From contig NC_043017.1 in the NCBI RefSeq assembly GCF_006345805.1, positions 24,366,001 to 24,430,000 of the forward strand: DNA of 64,000 bases, read 5' to 3'. Each line of letters opens with the position of its first letter. Position 1 is the stretch's first letter. Origin of the DNA: Octopus sinensis (lineage: Eukaryota). Shown here piece after piece: positions 49,620 to 61,131 of this stretch. Position numbers and translations under genes: made by a program. The notes beneath the pieces were generated by a model that did no database searches, was not told the DNA's origin, and saw nothing but the letters and a program-made list of their open reading frames with translations.

Positions 49620-49867
49620 CAGTGGTTCTCAACCATTTTTTCCCTATGGAACCCTTTGATTCCCATTTTACTCAGGTGGGGGCCTCATTGCTTAAAAAAT
49701 CCCATTATATTTTTATAATTGAACATTATTAGGAATTGTATTAAAAAAAATTGTAAAAATATTTTGTGTATTGGAGAAGTATAACCAATTAATAGCACGT
49801 GAATTTTAGCAACAAATTCTTACATTGGACCCTCAAGGGCCATATGGACCCTGTTTGAGAAACACTG
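49620..49867. mobile_element. hAT (Charlie-type) MITE
   Basis: CAGTGGTTCTCAA...TTGAGAAACACTG; 8-bp TSD ATCTAAAC/GTCTAAAC. Confidence 0.88.
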
Positions 49868-49886
49868 GTCTAAACAATGATTAATA

Positions 49887-49937
<51 letters not shown>

Positions 49938-50117
49938 GTACACATAGCAGTCAAGTATTACAACACCAATGATAACAACAACAACAATAATAATAATAAA
50001 AGTAATGATTCTAATATCTACTGCAAATATCATAGGGAGTCAACAATCAGCATGCAGGGTACAGCTTTCCAATATCAAACATCAAACAAAAGAAAAAAAT
50101 ATACACTAGCAACTTAC

Positions 50118-50450
50118 CGCTACCCATAATAAGTTTCCCTCCTCCTGCCGCCTGAGGACCAAATCCATCTAAGGCAGTAGATGTCTCCTCTATGCTCAGG
50201 GCAGGAGAAGTACTTGCTTTCCGATTAACCAACATATCGAAGGCGTCATCTATACTACTGGTGCCCATCCCATTAGTTGTGGTCACTGAAGTACCTGTTG
50301 AAGTTACGATTAAAGTATTTGGCATTGTGTGTACCGGAGTCTGACCAGTAGCTGGTACCGTGCTAGGTTCCCATGGACTCTGTGGTGTTGTTGCTGGTTG
50401 TGGCTGCGAACCTGTGTTGATAACAGTCCAAGGATCTGACTGATGAGAAC
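50118..50450 (-). CDS. EPN: Epsin exon (DPW/SPW, S/T-rich)
   Basis: Acceptor TGTCAG| at 50451 and donor G|GTAAGT at 50117, phase 1-1. Confidence 0.9.
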
Positions 50451-51077
50451 CTGACAAATTTTCACCTTACACAAATTAACAACGAAGGAGGCACTAAAGT
50501 CACCATCATCATCATCATCAACATCACAAATACAACTACAAAAACAACAGCTTTAAATGAACAACATACAAATGAAAATAATGAGCATATCATAAAGACA
50601 AAAAGACAGTTACACTTCATGTCAGAAAAACAGACGATGAAGGATGCACTAAAAATTGGCTGACTCCATGGAAAAATAAGCATCACAAAGAAAGAAGAAG
50701 AAAAAAACAAAAACTACAGACACCACTTGGTTAATCATGTCAACAAATAACCACATTAACACCAGTGCATAAGACAAATTTCAAGAAATGTAGTGGAAAG
50801 TGACAATATAAAACTGCATTGGGAGGGTCTCTTTCACATTTGCAAGCAATGAAAATCATTGAATATTAGAGAAAACAATGGACAAAATATTTACATTTCA
50901 AATGCTGTCTTACACAAAAGTGTGTGTATGTGTGTGTGTGTGTGTGTGTATATTTATATATATCTATATATATATGTATGGTAGTATTATAGATATTTTA
51001 GCGAGTATAACAATTCCGGCAAATCAACAACAATGATTGTCATATAAAAAGGAAAACATTCTACCAAATGAATTCTA

Positions 51078-51294
51078 CAAGGGGATGTTGAAAAGTTCCT
51101 GGTTTTGGGTAATAGAAAATACAGGAGGATCAGTTAATTATGACTTTAATCAACATATTCCTCTCTCAAACTTACATACTTATTGCAGTGGTTCTTCAGT
51201 TTTTCTAAGCCCTGTGAAAGAACTTAGAAGGTTGGGCCTCCAACTATACCTTTTGCGATACCCTTAAAGGCAGGAACTTTTCAGTATTCCCTTG
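51078..51294. mobile_element. Tc1/mariner MITE, TA TSD
   Basis: TA|CAAGGGGATGTTGAAAAGTTCC...GGAACTTTTCAGTATTCCCTTG|TA. Confidence 0.82.
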
Positions 51295-54200
51295 TATTAA
51301 AACAATTTAACTATTCTCAATATGTGTTCAGAATATTTTTAAAAATGTGTAATTTCCTTTAACATATAAGGCTGTAATTTTAATAATTTTTTTTAAATAC
51401 TGAAATTGCGAATATATATATAGAGAGAGACACATACATACACACACACACAAACTGCATTTAATTCTATTCATTCTAGAAAATGTATCTTTTAAGATAA
51501 TATTGAAGTTGCAATGGTTTTTAATTTACAATTATTGGCTAAACAATTTTAACTGAATGATTACATATGAGGATTTGTAACAATAGGCACACAGTATGGA
51601 GTCAAATACATATATAAGCATTTTGGGTTTAAATGGAAAGGTTACAATTATGACAAATATCAGCTTAATAAATAGCAAACCATCTGATTACAGATAAGAT
51701 TCTCCCTAATTATCACATTCTCCCATTTTTCATCAATATATTCTCGCTGCTGTACGTGATTTGAACTGGAGTAATGCATAGCTTTCTTATAGACGTATTA
51801 CTATGGTTACTTTCTTTTTGCCTTTTATTTGTTTCAGTCCCTAATCTGTGGCACCACCTTTAAGAATTTTTTTTATAATCAAATGGATCAATCTCAATAC
51901 TTTTCTCCCTTTTTTTTAAAGCCTGATACTTATTCTATTGGCCTGCTAAGCTATGAGGATATAAACACACCAACACTGGTTTAAAACAGTGGTGGGGGAC
52001 AAACACAGACATCCCCCACCACCACAATCATATAGCTATACAATGGGCTTCTTTCAGTTTCTGTCTACCAAATCCACTCACAAGGCTTTGGCTGGCCCAA
52101 GGCTACAATAAAAGACACTTGCCCAAGATGTCATGCAATGGGACTGAACCTTGAACCATATGGTTAGGAAGAAAAAAGCTTCTTATTTCTTTATCGCCCA
52201 CAAGCTGCCCAGGCTCCATTTGTCTGTTTTGGTATGTTCTCTACAGCTGATGCCCTTCCTAATGCCAACCACTTTACAGAGTGTACTGGTACAGGTACTT
52301 TTATGTCAACCAGCACCCATGAGTTCACAACACTAAGATCTCTTGGCTCATAGAGGGATGTAGAGGACTTGCCTATGTTCAAGGATAGCCATGATTTTAG
52401 CTTGACATGTCTTCTCAAGCACAGCAACAGAGGTCTCAGGCAGCATCTGAAGATCCTTTCTCACTGCTTCGTCCCACATCTTCCTGGGTCTACCTCCACA
52501 ATTAGAGACTGGTACTTCTTGATGCAGCTGTTCTCATCCATAGACTAGTATCATTTCACAATAAAGTATAGAATAAAAGTTATTTGTATCTAATGTATTG
52601 AAGTATTTTTTACTTGTATGGGGCACTAAATGAAAACCATCAGGCTTAAAGCATTTCTTATATAATATACTTCCAGTAGCACCTTAAAGATCGATAAGAG
52701 GTTAATTTCAATCTCAGTGAGACGTTAGTACTTTTAGGCACAGACGTGGCTGTGTGGTTAAGAAGGTTACTTACCAACCACTTGGTTTCAGGTTCATCCT
52801 ACTGTGTAACATTTTGGGCTTAAAGTCTTCTATTATAGCCCCAGGCTAAACAAAGCCTTGTGAGTGGATTTGGTAGATGGAAACTAAAAGAAGCCCCATC
52901 ATGTGTACGTGTGCAAGTTGGTGTTTCCTTGTCTTGACTTCACCATAGGATTGTTGTAAATGAGTGTCACAGTCATACAAGCAGTGTCCCTCACTTACCT
53001 GAAAACATGTCCAGCCATGGGGGGAAAATGACCTTGTTTGGAAACAAATGAGGGACTTGTGACAGGAAAGTCATCTGGCTATAGAGAATTTGCCTCAGCA
53101 AATTCCATCTGACCCATGCAAGTATGGAAAAGTGAACATTAAGATGATGATGATGATTTTTCTTGTAGCAATTTCACATAATTTACATTATTTAATGCCT
53201 TCTTACCACTTGACGAGCATGATTATCCCATTTCCTCCTCTTCTGAAATCAGTAAGACTAATTATCCATTGCTGGATTTTCGCAAGATAAACAAAAAATT
53301 TAATTCCTTTGTTGTGTGTGATTGTTAGTTTGTTAGTTTAGCAAATAGAAAAGAAATCAAGGGTGTATAACTAGCAACAACAAACAAAATCCACTTCATT
53401 ATTCTGCAAAAGCAGCAAAACTATGTGATTGTACGTGCTCATCAACTTATATCTGATAATGAAAAATAGACATTCCAGTCTTAAACATTGTGATGCCATT
53501 ACCAAATTAAAGAAGGCGGAGCCAAACTAGGTTTTTCACTGAGAAACGGTGTTAAATCCATAATGATAGGCTGAAACAGATTTCTCAAAAACAAACACAC
53601 CTCACCATCATCATTTAAAATCCACATTCTATGCATCAAGCTTCACCACCTATTTTGCCATGGCTTCTACGGTTGGATGTCCTTCCTAATATTGGGTACT
53701 AATTTCATGGCACCAGTACTAATGAGGTCATCAGGGGTTAGTTTCTGATCACTTGCTCTCATCTTGGAGTTAAACTGAAACAATCTCCACAACAAGACTA
53801 AAGTGTGATCACATATAGAAAATACATTATAGATTGTCGTATAATTCATCTCAGTCAAATCATCCTCACAATGTGTAAATAGCAGAATATTTAGATGAAA
53901 GCTCAGGGGTGGGTAGACTTAGGCCAAAAAAAAAAAGGAGCCTCAGAAGCAAGGCTCAACATTATGACAGCCTAGTTCCTGATCCCATTTTCATTTGGGT
54001 TTCAACTACAAATAACCTGAAATATGTTTATAATACATTTAACAGACAGCACTGTTGATGCACTGCTTCAACAACAATGATCGGATGTCATTATGCAAAG
54101 CAAACAGGAAAATATTTGTGAAAATACCACAAATGCCAGCAATGCAACAGCCATGCAAGGAGTGGATGGGAAGAGAAGCTTCTGTAGTATAAACAGCAAT

Positions 54201-56280
54201 ATTATCAAACTGATGATAAAAATTGCTTCGCTAAAACAAGCAACTAATTAATGCTTTATTCTATTTTATATACAGTAATGTAATAAGTTTTATACCTTTT
54301 TCTTGTTTCAATCATTGGATTGCTGACATGTGTTAGGACTACTTTGAAAGGGTTTAGTCAAACAAACAGAGGCCTGTATTTATGTTTATTTTTTAAAGTC
54401 TAGTACTTGGTCTCTTGTTTATTTTATATAATTTTTTTCCTTTGCCAAACAGCTAAGTTCATCATCATCATTTAATGTCTGTTGTCCATGCTGGCAAACT
54501 GGGGAGTTGTCCAGACCCCAGTCTGATCTGGCATGATTTCTACGGTTGGATGCCCTTTCCTAATGCCAACCACTTTACAAAGTGTGCTGGGTGCTTTTAC
54601 GTGACACTGCACGTAAGTTATGGCGACAAAAACAAACCAACACTCGTTATTAAGTAAAAGTGGTGAAGGACAGACCCTCTCCCCATACACATAGTTCAGT
54701 CTACCAAATTAGTTGCACATAAATTCTGTCTACCAATTTCACTCACAAGGAAATAGTTGGCCCAGGGCTATAGCAGAGAACACTTGCCCAAAATGCCATT
54801 CAGTAAAACAGCCCAAAACCACGATTGCAAAACAAGCTTTTAACCACACAGCCATGCCGACATCTACATCATCATCATCATTATATAATGTCCATCTTCC
54901 ATGGGTTGGATGGTTTGACAGAAACAAGGCAAGCCAGAGAACTGCTCTATTGTCTGCTTTGGCATAGTTTATTATGACTGGATGCCCTTCCTAATGCCAA
55001 CCACTTTACAGAGTGTATTGGGTGCTTTTTATGTGGTACCAACACCAGTTGGGTTGCCAAGTAACTTGCGAAATGAAAACCCCTCAGCTAGGAGAGGGAG
55101 TGGAACCAAGGGAAGTGGTTTTGTGACAGCTGAGAGGTTAAAATATAAAAGAGTAATAGAGATGGGTGTCTTACTATAAAGGAGATACTTGGCTACCTCA
55201 GTAGGAAAAGAAAGAAGAGTGTAAATCAACTACAGAGTCCCAACTTTGATAGGATATTGCATAACCTTTGAGTATAGGAGTGATCTGTTCTATCCTGCCT
55301 TTAGAGTTGTGCTTTTTTCTTTTTTTCTTTGCAAAAATTACTTGATTCAAAATTTATATTTGCCATAAACATGTTCAAGGCAAGTGGCAGAGCTTAACGC
55401 ATCATTGGAAAGCAGTCACACAGGGCTGTATTTCCATCTCCCTCTGGTAATTATTCTATTTTTAACGCACACTCAAATATAAAGCTATTGTTGATTTGAT
55501 TTTACAGCATTGTTACTACAGCAGGAATTTGTTCCTAATTGTGGTGCTCATTTACATATACAGATGGACTAGGACAGCCAAGAGATAAGTGTTTGAACTG
55601 GAGACACAATGCTGTGTAGGTGTCAGGATATGAGTCACTGACCTCATTGTTGTCTGATACTTTAACTACTCAACCCTCTGCGTGTTAACATCCATGGGAT
55701 GCAATTATGATTTCCAACAAACAAAAGGTTTGTTCATGAATTAATTGTTCAAAATCAGCTTGAATAAATAACTGAGAGGGAGGATGTGAATACACTTATA
55801 TCATCATCCATCATTGTTATTTAATTTCCGTTTTCTATGCTGAAATGGGTTGGACAGTTTGATAGAAGCAAGACAGCCGGAGGACTGCATCAGGCTCTAG
55901 TCACCTGTTTTGGAACGGTTTTTATGGCTGGATGCCCTTCCTCATGTCCAAACCCCTTCCTAACACCAATATATACCTATGTCTATAAAGTACTCAATCT
56001 TTTGTTTAAAGTTTAGAAATTACTAAATAATAATAATAGTTTCAAATTTTGCCACAAAGGCAGCAATTTTGGGGGAGGGGACAAGTCGATTACATTGACC
56101 CCAGTGTTCAACTGGTACTTATTTTATCAACCCCTAAAGGATGAAAAGTAAAGTTAACCTCAGCAGAATTTGAACTTGGAATGTAGTGACAGGCGAAATA
56201 CAGCTAAGCATTTCGTCCAGTATGCTAACAATTCTGCCTGCTTGCTGAAGCTAGAAGGCCTGATTTAGTAGTAGTAATAG

Positions 56281-56655
56281 ATAAAGAGAATTAGGAAGTG
56301 TCAGATAATTGACTTTACAGTCCCAAATGATGAGAAAAGTCAATATGTGAGGTATAGAGAAAAACTAGCAAAGTACCAGGATCCAGCAATTGAGTTACAG
56401 AGACTATGGAAAGTGTGGGTAAAACGTATCCTTGTAGTTGTAGGTGCATTAGGAACTATCCCTAAAGATCTGAACAGATGGATAGAGGAAATAGGCATAA
56501 AATCCAGTTTAGAACAGCTCCAGAAAAAGTGTTATTAGGGACAGCTAAGACACTTAGGAGGGTTCTTGGCATCTAAGGTTAATTGTTGTAGCCTGATGTT
56601 AGAAATTTTTCTTTTCCAACAGTCTCATATGTCGAGTGTTTATGAAATAATAATA
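56281..56655 (+). mobile_element. R4/Dong-like element 3' end (restriction-like endonuclease domain)
   Basis: IIDFTVPND..EKLAKYQD.AIELQRLWK..VVVGALGTIPK..LQK..LGTAKTLRRVLGI* (one frameshift in an A run), short 3'UTR and (TAA) tail. Confidence 0.82.
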
Positions 56656-57625
56656 AATCAGATGATTTGCTAGTACTACAAAATGAAATAGAAACACTTG
56701 AACTGTGATATTCAGAATTTAGATTTCACATTAAAACAAACATTTAACACTTTGCATACCATGGAAATTACCAGTGACTCGCCATACTATATTTTTAATA
56801 AACCATGGGAGTCACTGGTGATACCTCAGGCTATATTCTTAATCTAGTGTGAGAGTCACTAATGACTCCCAACAGCAAGGTTTCTTTTATGGAGCCTCAC
56901 ATTACTGAGATTCAAAGTACATTATTTGAATTTTACAAAATGTACAAAAACACAGATATCAGAAAGGTATGAGTCACTGTTATCTCCATCATTGCAATGG
57001 TGCTCACTATCAAATAATTTTTGTGAGAGGGGAGAGGACTAGTCGATTATATCAACCCCATTGATAATGTGGTAGTTTGTACAGTGAACTAGAACATATG
57101 ATTAGAAAAAAAAATAATGCATAATTTATAACAAGATTAGATGCCTGTGCAAAAAAACCCACCTGCCTGGTATTCTCTTGGTTATCACAACGAGGGTTCC
57201 AGTTGATCCGATCAGCAGAACAGCTTGCTCATTAAATTAATGTGTAAGTGGCTGAGCACTCCACAGACACATGTCCCCTTAAGGTAGTTCTCATGGAAAT
57301 TCAGCATGACAAAGAATGTGTCATTTTTGCCAGCTGAGTGGACTGGAACTACATAAAATAAAATGTCTTGCTCCAGGAATTGAACTCATGACCTTACGAT
57401 CGTAAACCGAAGAACTTAACCACTAAGCCACGTGCCTTCGTGCAAAATGGATTTGGTAGGCAAAGTGTTAAATATTCAATTAAATCTAGAATGAGCATGG
57501 TTAACGTTATTCTATCACAATGTTTAAAATTAAACGAAAGACTGCGGATAGTAATTGGAATTCTTGAGTGTATAAAAATATACATCGATAGGTGTATATA
57601 TGTACATACTTATTTCTGTACTTAC

Positions 57626-57968
57626 TTGGAGTAGAAATGGATTGTGGTGTTGACCTTTCAGGACTACTAATTGGTACGCCCCAAGGATCGGTGGTTATTG
57701 GTGTCTGAGCACGTGCTTGCAAGTTAGATGAGGGATTCAGTGCCACAGGAGATTCCCATGCAGAGGCTGTCGTCGTGGTCGTTGTCTCTCTTCTACCTGC
57801 CCGGGGTGAAGACATACTACTACCAGCACCAGCACCACCCCAAGGATCTGACATAGAAGCTGTTTGTGGCAAGGGAACTCCCCAAGGGTCTGTTGTGGTC
57901 CCGTGGTTAGCATTCATTGTTCCCGTTTCAAAACTGTCAGCCAATCTATTCCCACTTTGAGTTCCAGG
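57626..57968 (-). CDS. EPN: Epsin exon (three DPW motifs)
   Basis: Acceptor ATTTTAG| at 57969 (phase 0), donor A|GTAAGT at 57625 (phase 1). RLADSF..TTTDPWG parallels epsin LADVF..TTDPWG. Confidence 0.92.
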
Positions 57969-59588
57969 CTAAAATAGAAAAGTAAAATTTAAAAAATGAA
58001 ATGCAAATGTGTGTACGAGTCTTGCATATAGGTGTATGACCTGTTAGAAATAATAGCCAAATAGCTGCCTCAAACTCTACATTTTTAACATAAAGTAGCA
58101 ACTGGCTAAGCTTTTATAAAATTATTTAAAATGAAACCCAATGGATTTAATTTTATTTTTATAATGAAGACAAATTCAAGTTTTCCATGGTAGTGGTGGT
58201 AATTATGGTAGTATGAAGAAGACAATATCCTTTTTATGTTTTTTTTTTTGCTTGTTTAGCCATTCAACTGAGGTCATACTGGGGCACCACCTTGACGTAA
58301 CTATGCATTTTTTTTTTAATCTAGCACTTATTCTATCAGTCTCTGTTACTGAACTGCTACATTACAGAGACAAACTAACATCAGTTGTCAAGTGGTGATG
58401 GTGGGGACGACACACACACACACACACACACACACGACTTACAGTTTCCGTCAACTAAATCCTTTCACAGTGCATTGGTTGTCCTGCCATTGTAGTAGAG
58501 GACACTTGCCCAGGGTGCCATGTAGTGAGACTGAACTCAAAGCCATATGGTTGCAAAGTGAGCTTCTTAACCACATAACCACGCCTGCACCTACAATTTA
58601 TTTATTTTTTCTATTGGACTAAAATATTTTTCAAGAAATTTTCAAGTTTAACGCATGACAAGAGGGAACCTGAACTTCTTTTTTTGATGATAAGGTTCAA
58701 CATTCAAAATAAAACCATTATACTCAAGAAGACCCACACTCCATAGCACACTCGAGATGACCTGTACTCCATAGTGAATTCAAGAAGACCCATACTCCAT
58801 TGTAGAGAAGAGAAAAGAATCCAAATCTGAGTGAATTCTGCTGAAAGATGTTATTCTCATTGTGGTCAAGAAGCCTGGTTCCAAACCATGTAGTCTTGAG
58901 TTCAGTTTTACTGTGTGGAACCTTGGGGATCTTCTACTACAGACCTAAGAGCCTTGTAAGTGAATATAGTAGACAGAAACTGAAGGAAGTCTATCACATA
59001 TGTGTATGTGCACATGTATGTGATGTGAGTGTCTATATATTGGTGTGTGTGTGTTTGGGTCTTCTTGTCTTGACATTGTGTGGTAGTCGTAAATGAGTGT
59101 CACCATCATAAAAGCAATGTCATTCACTACCAATACTCTGTGAAAACATGTCTGGCCATGGGGAAGTATTAGTTTGCCTGGAAAAAGGTAAGGCTTGGCA
59201 ACAAAGGGCATCCAGTCATTATAAAAGCTCTGCATCAATAAACCCTGTATGATCCACGAAAGAAGGGAAAAGTAGGCAGTAAAACAATGGTGGTGATGCT
59301 GACAGTAGGTTTATATGACTAAGACAGCACATTCAGCTGTAGAAATGACCCCAACAGAACTATTCCAGTGTTGCTCACACGGGAAAGGAAAATGGATGCA
59401 GAACAGCCCTGTTCTCAAAAGAAATCATCATCATCGTTTAGTGTCCGCTTTCCATGCTGGCATGGGTTGGACGGTTCAACTGGGGTCTGGGGAGCCCGAA
59501 GGCTGCACCAGGCCCAGTCAGATCTGGCAATGTTTCTACGGCTGATGCCCTTCCTAATGCCAACCACTCCATGAGTGTAGTGGGTGCC

Positions 59589-59667
59589 TTTTAGGTGCCA
59601 CCAGCACAGGTGCCAGACGAGGCTGGCAAACAGCCTCGTCTGGCACCTGTGCCGGTGGCACGTAAAA
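59589..59667. repeat. Near-perfect hairpin (31-bp core stem, 5-nt loop) at the end of a retroposon
   Basis: Arms 59595-59625 and 59631-59661 differ at one position; loop GCAAA. Confidence 0.92.
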
Positions 59668-60152
59668 ATATCTATTCCAACACTTGCCTGTGTATTAAGA
59701 ACCTTGTTTCCTAACCACATGATCCTGAGTTCAGTCTCACTGCGTGGCACCGCAAGTAAGTGTCTTCTGCTATTGCTCCAGGCTGACCTGGATTTGTTAA
59801 ATGGAAACTGAAAGTAGCACTTGTATATACATCTGCAGATACCTGTGTGTGTGTCTTTGTTGTGTGCTTGTAACTGCCCCCCCACACACACCGCTTGACA
59901 ACTAGTGCTGGTTTGTTTACGTCCCCGTAACTTAGTGGTTCAGCAAAAAGGGTACGGTAGAATAAGTACCAGGTTTTTAAAAAATGAAAATAAGTACTGG
60001 TGGGGGTCGATTTGTCCAACTAAACCTTTTGAGGCAGTGCCCCAGCATGGCCGCAGTCTAATGAGTGAAACGAGTAAAAGAAATGAAAATACAATACTGA
60101 AAAACAAAAATTATACTGAACCAATGAGTCCAGTTGGAAAAACCCAACAAAC

Positions 60153-60352
60153 CTCATCACTGTTGTCTTGTTTACTTTGTTCTATTGCCATAGCCAGTTT
60201 GATGTCATCGTTTTTCTGTTTTTTAAGTTCTTCTTCGTGTTCTTCTTTACTCATAGCTAATGCTAACTGAAGTTGCAGCTCCTCCTCTCCCAGAGACGAC
60301 GGACGGGCAGATTCCAGATCTGAAGACAATCTCCGACGCTGAGTAGGAGAAT
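60153..60352 (-). CDS. EPN: Epsin exon with two ubiquitin-interacting motifs
   Basis: SDLESARPSSLGEEELQLQLALAMSKEE...DDIKLAMAIEQSK is the epsin UIM signature. Acceptor TTAACAG| at 60353 (phase 1), donor GAG|GTTTGT at 60152 (phase 0). Upstream ENTH exons were not found in the window. Confidence 0.95.
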
Positions 60353-60633
60353 CTGTTAACAGAGAATAACAAGAAGTGGTGAAAATAGATGGGAAGATGA
60401 ATAAAAGTTCATACACAAATTTTGAGACTCATACAAGTCATTAACGAATAATAGGTACAGGTGTGGCTATGTGGTCAAGAAGTGTGTTTCCCAACTGTAT
60501 GGTCCTGGACTCAATCCCACTGTGTGGCACCTTGGGCAAGTATCTTCTCCTTTAGCCTCAAGCTAATCAAACCTTAGTGAGTGACACTGAAAGAAGCCTA
60601 CTTTGTTTGTGTGTACATGTGTATATATGAATA

Positions 60634-61131
60634 CTGTAAATCCTCGAGTATAGTCCGCCCTTGAGTATAATACGCAGGGGATTTTTAGGGGGCTGTACCT
60701 CTGAAAAACCTCAACTTTGTGTATAATATGCACCACTTCTCTAACTTGAGTCGTGTGCGATTAAGCCAGCAGCACCTAGTCGAACAAACACTTCCGCGCA
60801 TGCGTAATACAATAATGGGAATGTAAATATGTTTGCAAATTGTTTTTGTTATACGTTATTCTGTGTTCTGAATACTTTTATTTTAATAAATGTTGCTTAC
60901 TGCAAGTTATGGATGATTCTTTTATGACTTCATTGTTTTCAGGCTTAGCTTAAGGTATTTTTGCACCCGACATCACAAAATGCGTCTGAATAAACATTGC
61001 CGGACAGCAAACAGAGACTCGGACATTGCTTAGAAAATACTTTTCATTTTTAACCTCATATATAGTACTCACTAGGGATTTTGACCTTGAAATTTTGGAA
61101 AAAAGTGCAGATTATACTCGAGGATTTATGA
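60634..61131. mobile_element. pogo/Tigger-like MITE, TA TSD
   Basis: TA|CTGTAAATCCTCGAGTATAGTCCGC...GCAGATTATACTCGAGGATTTATGA|TA. Confidence 0.78.
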
